From NCBI GenBank assembly GCA_964570065.1, contig CAZMVZ010000001.1, positions 41,652 through 105,651 of the forward strand: 64,000 nucleotides of DNA. Direction: 5' to 3'. Made by a program: the position numbers and the translations under genes. This document shows, piece by piece, positions 40,001 to 48,345 of the stretch (position 1 is its first letter; each line of letters begins with the position of its first letter). This stretch comes from an uncultured Candidatus Poseidoniales archaeon (GTDB lineage Archaea > Thermoplasmatota > Poseidoniia > Poseidoniales > Thalassarchaeaceae). Under the pieces are notes generated by a model. It saw only the letters and a list, made by a program, of their open reading frames with translations, did no database searches and was not told where the DNA came from.

Positions 40001-43000
40001 AGTCTGGAATACCAAACAGTGGGGCAATGCTACTATCAGGGGGCCAAGAAGATACACTATCTCTGTTCATAACAACCCTGGCGATGGGAGACAAGAGCAT
40101 CAACAACGGCCAACTCGGTGAATCCTTCCTATCCGTCCTAGAGGGCCACATGACTCCAGAACAGGTCCAGGAGTTCGAAGCCATCACTTCCAACACCAAC
40201 AAGGGGTTTGTCCAAGACCGCCTGATGGCCGTAGTTGCGGAATATGGAGATGCCGAATTGCTCCAGGGTGAACCCCTGGACAGCAATGGGCTGACATGCC
40301 CCGATCCTTGTTCGGATACCTATGTTGTACTGGTAAACGGGGAACCATTCGGTGAAGCCACCACCAATTCATCCGAGGCAATGGTAATCTTCGATCAGGC
40401 TCGCGGGTCATCATCCGAATTCGAATTGGCAGAATTCGATGACGCAAGTCACTACGATATGGCAGGATACCGATATACCAGAGACATCATTGACGACTAC
40501 GATGATCTCTCGACCGCGCTCCACAGGACCAATGCCAGGTTCGGATTGGCTCGTGCGTTCCTAATAACTGCCTTCTCGCTCGATGATCTCGTACAGATAT
40601 ATGATGGAATCTCATCAATCGACACGTATGAGGTCTCAGATTACGAAGAGTCGCATGGGAGCACGACCTCGAGGAACCACGAGATTCGGTACTTCGCTGT
40701 AGATAACCGGCTATATCCACTTGGAGGGATGTACTACCAGGACTATCAGTCGTACCATAGGGGGCAGACTACTGGAATCTTCCATGCTCCAACCCATCTT
40801 TCTGGACTCGACATCGACTCATACATTACAACAACTTACGAAACAAACCAGGGAGATCATACGCCTGAGGAGTTCCAAAGCACGTACTTAGAGGACCTCA
40901 AGGCTCAGGCTTCCGGAGCATCTACTGCCGAGGACATGATTCAGATGACGGATATGAACTATCAGCATCTGGACAGTTTCTTCGAAACGATGATCGCAAG
41001 GACATATGTCGGCTACGGGACTTCCACGTTGGGGCTTCCATCGATAAGCGGCCAAGTAGGGGATGCCGACACGCCTTCTACTTGGATTCTACCAAACTCA
41101 ATTACGGGAACCCCAGGGAGCTATTTGCAGGGGGCAATGGCACTTCCAGGGGCAATGATGAACCACTTCGTACTATCCAACTGGTACGATCCGACAAACG
41201 GTACTTCCTGCGAAGAAATTCAGATTACAGGCTCTGCTTCAACAGTAGCGGGCAGTTCTCAATTGTCGGACGTCTCACTCTATTCAGATGACAGCCTCTC
41301 ATCAGGATGGTCCCAGATTCAATCAGGAGGCCCTTGGAAGATGTCCCAAGTGGAAGAAGGGGTCATTCCCATGAACGCTTCAACTACCAATTATGACCCC
41401 GACGAAGAGACGCTCTCGATCACTTCAGCAGCTTCGTCTTCTGCTAATGATACTGAATTCACCCTAACAGGAAAGGTGGACAAGTACTGCGGCTCGATTT
41501 ATGACTCCAACAGAAATGTAAAGATTCTGAAGTACTACAGCGGCGCAACACTACAGGGCACTGTCTCGCTAGAAGGAGTCGGACCAGTGCCCAATGCAAG
41601 GATCCTAATCGAGAGAGACGCTTTCAGCGGAGATGAGTCTGCGGACGAAGACGGCAATGTCGTCGACAACGACTCCAGAACATACTGGATACCCATTGGC
41701 AGTACACAAGCAGACGAGGATGGCCACTTCTCTTTCACCGCTCCAGCTGGAAAGATCCGCGTCTCCGCTTTCACAGGCGATCCAGACTTGGATGCGGCCA
41801 GAACATCACTGTTATCAGGTTCCGCCAACCTGATGTCAGAACTTTTCTCAGAGACATCCCAGAACCGCGCCGTAAACCCAGTAACTGGAATCCTGGGCAA
41901 CGTCTACGGGTCAACATGGCTCTCTGAGACGATAGTGAACATTTCTGGGTCGGATGGACACAGCAATGGGCAATCCGTCATCGAGGCACCAATATCGGTA
42001 TCGCCATCAACCGCTTCAGGGATACTCTCATGGTCTGGCGAGCTCGATTTCGACGGTGACCCTGTTCTTTCTGCCAACATTACCCTCACTCCTTCCTCAG
42101 AAGAAGTAGCAATCCAGCCCTATGAGGTCATTACTTCTGATGGGGGCATGGTGGGGGAAGACCTGAGATTCAGTGGTACCGGAGAAGTCACATTCCTAGG
42201 GGAGGGGACTATGGAGAGCATGGGGGCAGTATCTGTTTACGACTTCACTGGCACCCATACTCAAGCTGTATTCGATAACCACAGCATTACTGGAGAAGGG
42301 CAATTCTCTGGAAAGGGTATGATCGATGGCACACTATCTGGCGACTTCCCAGATTGCTCTGGCCATTCAGTACCCGAGGGTTCTGATGCATGCATTAACG
42401 AAGATGGCTACTATCTCTTGGAAGGCATAGCAAACGGATCTGGAAAGTTCACATCACACGGAGTCAGTGAATTCACCAGGGAACTCTCCCAGGCAACATT
42501 CATCGGTTCAGGCAACTTTGCCACGTCCCCTTCAGATGACCTTGCCACATTTGGGACAATTAATGGAACTGGGATTTTCTCGGGGCACGGATCGTTCAGT
42601 GGGTCTATGGTACGACCAGGTTCCTTCCACATCGTCGACGCCCTCCCTGGCGAGTACGTCGTTTCAGTGGATTTCGGAACCGGGGATCCTGTGGTGATCC
42701 CGCAACCATTCGTAATCCCCCTGTCTTCTTCTGAGATTCAGACTCCTGTATCTATCACTGGAGGCGCGATCAAGGGTACTGTATCGATTTTCACGGGTAG
42801 GCCATTGTCGAGTGAGGTTTCGATTTTCTCAATCAATGGCTCTAGTGAGGATTCCAATGAACAGTGCCAAGGCGTCATCACTCAACCATGTTTCGTCACT
42901 CCTGACGAAAGCGGTTCTTTCGAGGTCGGACCAATAGTCCCAGGCTCTTACATAGCAGAGGTAGATATCGATGACGACGGATTCCCTGAGATCTCCCATG

Positions 43001-46000
43001 CATTCGCGTTCGAATCCGGATTGGCATCTCTAGTGTCCTTCCCTTCTGAAGTACCTCAGACATCAGATATCACATTCACACTCTCCGATGATGGAACCAG
43101 TGTTGATGACCTTCAATTGCAATTTATACCCGAGGATCTTTCCAGAAGTGAAGTAACGGTAATGTTTGACAATGAGTCAAAGACTTACCATGCCGAGTTG
43201 AACCCGGGCAATTGGATACTCAATTACACACTTAGCGATGAGAAGCAACTGTGGCAGCGCATATCTATCGGGAGTATCGATGTAAGCGACTCTTTCGAGT
43301 TCCTGGTTAGCCAGGTCGTAAGTGGGGTTGTGATCGACTCAGTTAAGGGTGACGAAATTTCAGATCCACTGTTGTCCAGAGTGACCAATCAGGAGGTTTT
43401 GTTCCAATGGCAGGGCTTCACTCTAAAATCCGTAACCGACTCATTCGGAGAATTCAGCGTAATCCTCCCTCAAGGTGCCTTTGTCCATGCAACCGTGGAG
43501 AGAATGGTCGGAGCAGGCGGATTCTTCTCCAACGGCACGAGCTTCCAAGTGACAGATTCGATGGAAAATATCACAATCCAACTCACTGACTCAACAATGG
43601 TCCTCGGAGAAGTAAGTCTCAATCGTGAAGGAAACACGTACAATCAAGGATTCTCCGGATGGACTCCAGTATTTGCCAAAGCAAACAACTTGGACGGAAC
43701 AACAGACGCCGTTTGGAGGGAGGAGGTGGATGACCTCGGGCGATTTGACATGCTGCTGCCTCTGGGCAACTGGTCTTTCACATTGGAAGCCGGCAGCGAG
43801 ATGGCTGCCAATGCCGTAGTGAAGGAGATCAACACCACATCAGAGCCGATGGTCGAGCTCCTGGTACTTCCAACAAATATTACTGTGGAGATAGATTTCT
43901 TCATCGATCATTTAGGCGATAACAACGCATCCAATGGGACTCCGGTTTCCTATCCATTCGAGATCAAGCCACTGTCGCCCAATGGTGCCGGTTACACGGT
44001 CCCAAGAGATGGTTCTGAGTGGACTCAAACAGGATTGGCGGAAGTATCTCTTGAACCGGGAAGGTACCGAATAGTCGTCGAGAGGGCCAACTCTTCAGCA
44101 GACGATCCATTCGACACCCTATATGACACAAATGACATCTTCGAAGTCGAGATCGGGTCTTCTACAGTCAAGCGTTCTGTAGGGTTCGAACCAAGATGGC
44201 TAGTTAACATCACATTCAGGAATGAGAGCGGCCAATTACTAGACAACCACGAAGTTAAACTCGAGAATGTCGAAAATGGTTGGATACAAACTTACATGAC
44301 CAACGAAGATGGTGTGTTGGTAGAGTACATTGAAGAGGGAGATTGGATCGTAATTGTAGATGAATTCGAGACAAACTCGGGAGTGTATGAGGGGCTGCGA
44401 AGGTCGATTTCTACTTCTCAATCATCGGCAGGATCCAGGTCGAACTTCCAGACAGCCGAACTTGCATTAGTTACTGTGACCCTCCAATCAACTTCGGATG
44501 TGGCAGCACCCGAGTTGGTTGATCTCACGATATCTTCACAAGAAGGCCTTGGATCATTCGTAAGTTCGATCGGAGGATTTGATCAACCACTGGAAATAAG
44601 GCTTGTACCCGGGTTCTGGAACGTTGAGATTAACCAGACCAACCAAGACGGCATCATGACTCTATTGGAGAATTCTTCGTTGGTTGAATCAGGTGTCACC
44701 GTAGGACCCAATCACCAAGTATTCCTGACCGTACAGAAACTAGTCAGCCTTAGTGGCAAGGTTTTCTGGGACCTCGATGATGATGGTGCCCCTGGTTTCT
44801 CAGAGGGCCTTTCTAATGCCTCTGTAAACATTACCGGAGACCTTGACTCTCCAACTCATCACTTAATATCAGATAATGACGGAGTCTGGTCCACATTCCT
44901 TCCCGTCCAAAGCTCATGGAACATCACCGTAGAGAGGGAGGGCTTCGGTACGCAGACTTCTCCAGTCCAAATCGGGGAAACCTCGGTTACTGAAAATATC
45001 GAGATTTCAGCCGGCGAGGTTGAAATATCCGGCAGCATTTCGTATCCCGACCAGACTTGTATTTCCAGCGGTGAGTGGCAAGTTCAGATGATTCCATCTC
45101 ATGGAATTTCAAGAGAACGCGTCACAGTACCTGGAAACGCTCTGGGTGAGTGGTCTGCCATGATCCAACCAGGCAGTTGGGTGGCAATGGCAACATCTAC
45201 ATCTGAGGCTTCCGAATGCATCGATCTGATTTCGATCGAACCTCTGGAAGTTGGGGTCGATGGGGGCTCAGTCGAATCAGAACTAACAGTTGGAGGGACT
45301 CTCAGGCTTGAGACCAGTTGGTTGGACTTCGATGGTAGTGCTCACGATCTTACCGAGGTTGAGGATTATGACCTAGTCATAGAATACGGCCCGATTTCAT
45401 GGTCCGAGGAGCTAGGAAGCGATGGAGTCCTGAATCTGTTAATAATGCCGGGAACGGTACAAGCCTCCAGTACTTTCGAGTTGAACGAGGGCGTTCGGAA
45501 CGTGTCCTATTCCGGCGGAAAGGGAATCTCAATCAGAGCAGGACAGGTAAGTCCGATGAATACCCTGAGCATCGATAGGGTCTCCAAGCAGAGCGTCACT
45601 ACAACAGTTCAAGGGCTCGATAGGGTCGAGGTTCAAGAGGTCGATACCACTTGCACCAACGACGATGACGGTGACGGCGTAATCAATGGCGAAGATGCAT
45701 TCCCGACCGACCCCACCGAAAGCTCGGACAATGACAATGACGGAAAAGGTGACAATCAAGATCCTGATGACGACAACGATGGCGATCTTGACGACGATGA
45801 CGAATTCCCTCTGGGGCAAGGGCTGCCTACAAACTCAGCAGAGGGCTGCAAGTACCAGAACGCTGCGTTCAATGTCTCAGTCGAATACGAGGGGCACAAC
45901 TCCTTCGACGAATACACGGTCGTCGGGACAGTCCCCAGTGCCGACGGGGTGGATTGGAGTGTCCAGTTCCAGAATTCATCAGGGGAATGGTTGGATTCCT

Positions 46001-47001
46001 TAACTTTCGACTTAGGCCTGACCGATTCAGACCTTACTGAACAAATCAGTGTTCGCGTGGTTCCGGCCAATGTCGGTGTTGCACATCACTTCCCAGATGG
46101 TCACTTGGTCCTAATCAAGATGTCAACCGATCAAGGATATTCAACCCAAGTAGAATTGGGGGTGGATGTTCCAGAATACAACGGAATTGAACTCAATGAA
46201 CCAGAAAACCTGTTCTTCAGCAGAGAGGACACCACCATTACGATTAATATTCCATTCAAGAACACTGGTAACTCAGACGAGTTGTTCTACTTCGAATTCG
46301 ACAGTTCAGAGTGGTGGCAATTCGCTGGACCTACAACCCAACCGGCATCCCCATTCTCCGATGGTTCCGCCACCTTCACACTAGTCAGGCCCTCTGAACC
46401 GGAACTGCCTTCCCCCTATGCCGAAGAAATCACATTCACTGTTTCGGATCAGGACAACAATACTTACTCGGGCTCAACTATGGTGGAGACAGACTCGCCA
46501 GTTCTCTCCATAGTGGGAGATACGGCAAGGATCCTCGGAGGCAATAAATTCGCTTCTTATGGCCAAATAGAGAGTTATTCCGTGAATATCTCCAACAGCG
46601 GGAATGTGGATGCTGAGGCTGTCATCTTAGTGGCTACTCTGTGTTCCGACATTCTTTGTGAAAATGAGCTAGGCGTCAACTCCACTTCCAGTGGCTCAGT
46701 GTCAGCAATGAGCGAATCAACATTCTACATCAACATGGACTACACCCAGTTTACCGAGTCCAAGAATTATTGGATAATGTTCTCAATAGAGGGTGAATTG
46801 ATAGATGGAAAGTCAGAGCCTTGCAGCTTGACATTGAAGTCAGATGGAAAGGCATCCTGCGTCTTCGAGGCTCAGCTATGGACCAGCTCCGAAGAGAATG
46901 ACGATCTGAAGTACTTGGCATACGCATTCCTGATAATGCTAATTGCAGCACTTCTTTACTTTACTAGAAGGCCGGGTAGACGAGTCAGCGCCCCGTTCTA
47001 A
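37069..47001 (+). CDS. aglB: Giant STT3/AglB oligosaccharyltransferase (3310 aa) with an extra N-terminal membrane domain and a long extracellular extension
   Basis: DPWY (38281), DHD (38629), TIGE (39253), WWDYG (39937), ADNFQ; then repeated beta-sandwich modules, a TSP3-like repeat near 45660-45810, a CARDB-like domain and a C-terminal TM. The exact start is uncertain (37069, 37081 or 37117). Confidence 0.88.
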   Translation: MVGAMLSHWQIGPVDGMEQEKDTLQVVQFNNLAAPVAITLALLGLTIVASTLEGREVGGDFLYTAILISLSVLIPACIGRSSWLIPLDSGSLRVGAITLAVSLIGIIANSADPENFNHMFVATFVFVGFASAALNESERFEESATLLSIVLGMRLAAFYAGGLIIAQSDSLAVIDTVREAIGAAFFSFWLSSISLGFLVMVGLRGAIENRGKGNLMANLPNIRENPEVGIYASLVFASFLVPLIWISQIDSLQDFSQQNHIGLAWASFSALVIFIHAFFRAEGWHVLGALLAVNWILYSIGHIHEIGNELPSLFSEDGFIGSFTWFFLWFWMTFFTLFFASRGVFGDIAPRRERSGFRVWWDVNSYVVMVTLAFLIALIVRTAWNVIPAMNANGTGLWDMTGGSDPWYMKRVVDYVIAERSHLIFDHDRAYPAGGINPRPPLFSWSLALGGLALSWILEIPADQAVWWSMSALPAVYGALIVLPIAGIASRAHSRRAGIIAAWLIALMPGHMSRSTFAMSDHDSFAMLFLAIAFYYWIRAIGHIDHNRIFKSTSTNPLYIIAGMRETWKRNPSLMANASMAGIAFSIMALGWKGFVYGPGILFLAYSFQVAINIFKGRDSLQFTSAALQMMLVAILIPTPFYAWPGMNLLFAPSGMQPMFYIIGFTFAMGWVSSSFRDKPWLLVVLGGSALFGSILALLYILQVRDLFNGWDILFTGGFYFSKNKIFGTIGEAQAPERGVLFASYGPIVALIAIGCAFLLLWRGSRKNKSDLTLLGLWTIIATYMAWSAGRFIINATPVVAVVGGIGISMLWGSASLPAFTKVWRNSGIGTPRTRFKSLWPATKARPGVPAMVMVLLLITSQHATYGIDAGIPRGDQSANEIDQSLYDIVPDILRQDLLGLFSVMNSDTYDQSDSGLWYMGTFGPSFNSQGWNEAYDWLSQQDSETPFSDRPAFVSWWDYGFQALASGQHPTVADNFQSGIPNSGAMLLSGGQEDTLSLFITTLAMGDKSINNGQLGESFLSVLEGHMTPEQVQEFEAITSNTNKGFVQDRLMAVVAEYGDAELLQGEPLDSNGLTCPDPCSDTYVVLVNGEPFGEATTNSSEAMVIFDQARGSSSEFELAEFDDASHYDMAGYRYTRDIIDDYDDLSTALHRTNARFGLARAFLITAFSLDDLVQIYDGISSIDTYEVSDYEESHGSTTSRNHEIRYFAVDNRLYPLGGMYYQDYQSYHRGQTTGIFHAPTHLSGLDIDSYITTTYETNQGDHTPEEFQSTYLEDLKAQASGASTAEDMIQMTDMNYQHLDSFFETMIARTYVGYGTSTLGLPSISGQVGDADTPSTWILPNSITGTPGSYLQGAMALPGAMMNHFVLSNWYDPTNGTSCEEIQITGSASTVAGSSQLSDVSLYSDDSLSSGWSQIQSGGPWKMSQVEEGVIPMNASTTNYDPDEETLSITSAASSSANDTEFTLTGKVDKYCGSIYDSNRNVKILKYYSGATLQGTVSLEGVGPVPNARILIERDAFSGDESADEDGNVVDNDSRTYWIPIGSTQADEDGHFSFTAPAGKIRVSAFTGDPDLDAARTSLLSGSANLMSELFSETSQNRAVNPVTGILGNVYGSTWLSETIVNISGSDGHSNGQSVIEAPISVSPSTASGILSWSGELDFDGDPVLSANITLTPSSEEVAIQPYEVITSDGGMVGEDLRFSGTGEVTFLGEGTMESMGAVSVYDFTGTHTQAVFDNHSITGEGQFSGKGMIDGTLSGDFPDCSGHSVPEGSDACINEDGYYLLEGIANGSGKFTSHGVSEFTRELSQATFIGSGNFATSPSDDLATFGTINGTGIFSGHGSFSGSMVRPGSFHIVDALPGEYVVSVDFGTGDPVVIPQPFVIPLSSSEIQTPVSITGGAIKGTVSIFTGRPLSSEVSIFSINGSSEDSNEQCQGVITQPCFVTPDESGSFEVGPIVPGSYIAEVDIDDDGFPEISHAFAFESGLASLVSFPSEVPQTSDITFTLSDDGTSVDDLQLQFIPEDLSRSEVTVMFDNESKTYHAELNPGNWILNYTLSDEKQLWQRISIGSIDVSDSFEFLVSQVVSGVVIDSVKGDEISDPLLSRVTNQEVLFQWQGFTLKSVTDSFGEFSVILPQGAFVHATVERMVGAGGFFSNGTSFQVTDSMENITIQLTDSTMVLGEVSLNREGNTYNQGFSGWTPVFAKANNLDGTTDAVWREEVDDLGRFDMLLPLGNWSFTLEAGSEMAANAVVKEINTTSEPMVELLVLPTNITVEIDFFIDHLGDNNASNGTPVSYPFEIKPLSPNGAGYTVPRDGSEWTQTGLAEVSLEPGRYRIVVERANSSADDPFDTLYDTNDIFEVEIGSSTVKRSVGFEPRWLVNITFRNESGQLLDNHEVKLENVENGWIQTYMTNEDGVLVEYIEEGDWIVIVDEFETNSGVYEGLRRSISTSQSSAGSRSNFQTAELALVTVTLQSTSDVAAPELVDLTISSQEGLGSFVSSIGGFDQPLEIRLVPGFWNVEINQTNQDGIMTLLENSSLVESGVTVGPNHQVFLTVQKLVSLSGKVFWDLDDDGAPGFSEGLSNASVNITGDLDSPTHHLISDNDGVWSTFLPVQSSWNITVEREGFGTQTSPVQIGETSVTENIEISAGEVEISGSISYPDQTCISSGEWQVQMIPSHGISRERVTVPGNALGEWSAMIQPGSWVAMATSTSEASECIDLISIEPLEVGVDGGSVESELTVGGTLRLETSWLDFDGSAHDLTEVEDYDLVIEYGPISWSEELGSDGVLNLLIMPGTVQASSTFELNEGVRNVSYSGGKGISIRAGQVSPMNTLSIDRVSKQSVTTTVQGLDRVEVQEVDTTCTNDDDGDGVINGEDAFPTDPTESSDNDNDGKGDNQDPDDDNDGDLDDDDEFPLGQGLPTNSAEGCKYQNAAFNVSVEYEGHNSFDEYTVVGTVPSADGVDWSVQFQNSSGEWLDSLTFDLGLTDSDLTEQISVRVVPANVGVAHHFPDGHLVLIKMSTDQGYSTQVELGVDVPEYNGIELNEPENLFFSREDTTITINIPFKNTGNSDELFYFEFDSSEWWQFAGPTTQPASPFSDGSATFTLVRPSEPELPSPYAEEITFTVSDQDNNTYSGSTMVETDSPVLSIVGDTARILGGNKFASYGQIESYSVNISNSGNVDAEAVILVATLCSDILCENELGVNSTSSGSVSAMSESTFYINMDYTQFTESKNYWIMFSIEGELIDGKSEPCSLTLKSDGKASCVFEAQLWTSSEENDDLKYLAYAFLIMLIAALLYFTRRPGRRVSAPF

Positions 47002-47061
47002 TACTACTTGCCTCAGCGCACAATGGGGACAAACATGCGTGGAATCTCACGTCTCGAATTG

Positions 47062-48279
47062 ATGCCTGAACCTGGAGACCCTAGTCTACTTACAGCCGTA
47101 GACAGTGATGCACCCGGCTATCCAGGAGAGGCCTATGGCATCAGTGACGAAGAGGCTAGGAAGCTAAGGTGGCCAATGGGGCCACTTATGAGGTTCTTAT
47201 GGCCTTGGGGAGCAGTCGGATTCTCCGCAATAGTTGTCTCTATTTTGCTCCTATATCCCTCGATATACTCACTTATTGGCGAGGTTCTTGATTCGGAGTG
47301 GGCCTTCGAAGATAGCGGCATCAGGGATCTACAGGAATCTGGAAGCCTAGGTGAAGGAGTCAGAGTATGTATGGTTGACACCGGAATAGACATCTCTCAT
47401 CCAGACCTATCGCATCTAACATTATCTGGATTTCGTGACTTCTATAGCGAAAAAGACTCTCCAGTCAGAGACATCGGAACAAATAGTCACGGAACTTTGA
47501 TGGCGGGACTTCTTGCTGCCAATGGCTCATTCACTGGTGCTTCCCCAAGCGTTTCACTTTCGATTGCGATTTCTCTCGGGCCAGACGGAAAGTCTGCAAA
47601 TGAGAGGATGGTCTCCCAAGCGATTAGGTGGTGCCGCATTTCTCAGGAATCTGACATAATTTCTCTAAGTCTGGGAACTGCTCCCGGATCTAGCTTCTCA
47701 GCTTCATCTGACACCCTTGATGCCGTAAGAGAGGCATTAGGCGATGGGATTTTCGTAATCGCAGCCGCTGGAAATAGTGACCCAAGGCAGAACCTCTCCG
47801 ACGTCTCTTCCCCTGCTAGTCTATCTGGTGTGATTGCAGTTGGGGCACATGATAGAAATGGGGATCCGTGGGTTGACAGTGCTGAAGGTGCCAAAAACGA
47901 TCCAGAAACTGGTGAGGAACGAATATTTCCCAACCAGAAACCCGAGATCGTAGCCCCCGGTGTCGATCTATGGTCTTGCAGAGACAGTGGCCGTGACCCG
48001 CCATACGCATTCTCAACCGGTACCAGTGATTCTACGGTATTGGTTACAGGGGCCCTCGCCTTGATCCTCTCAGTGTATCGTGAGGAAATTGCGGGAGAAA
48101 ACGGAATCATCGACCAACATGAAATGGACTTAGTCAAGGTAGCGCTTGCAAACTCGGCACGAACCGACTCAAGCCAATCTGAAAGCCACGATTCGAAGAA
48201 AGGATACGGTCTCCTTGATGCCCAAGAATGGTCTAGACAAGTAGAAATTGAATTCGGTATCAACCAAGAAAACATATGA
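47062..48279 (+). CDS. Membrane-anchored S8 subtilisin-like serine peptidase
   Basis: VDTGID (Asp), HGTLMAG (His), AAAGN (oxyanion Asn), KPEIVAPG, GTSDS (Ser), GYGLLDA; N-terminal TM; start uncertain between 47008 and 47062. Confidence 0.9.
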   Translation: MPEPGDPSLLTAVDSDAPGYPGEAYGISDEEARKLRWPMGPLMRFLWPWGAVGFSAIVVSILLLYPSIYSLIGEVLDSEWAFEDSGIRDLQESGSLGEGVRVCMVDTGIDISHPDLSHLTLSGFRDFYSEKDSPVRDIGTNSHGTLMAGLLAANGSFTGASPSVSLSIAISLGPDGKSANERMVSQAIRWCRISQESDIISLSLGTAPGSSFSASSDTLDAVREALGDGIFVIAAAGNSDPRQNLSDVSSPASLSGVIAVGAHDRNGDPWVDSAEGAKNDPETGEERIFPNQKPEIVAPGVDLWSCRDSGRDPPYAFSTGTSDSTVLVTGALALILSVYREEIAGENGIIDQHEMDLVKVALANSARTDSSQSESHDSKKGYGLLDAQEWSRQVEIEFGINQENI

Positions 48280-48345
48280 ATTGACGATAATTGACGAAAC
48301 TCCTTGTCCCTATGGTTAAATTGTCTAGATGTAGTCCGATGGATT

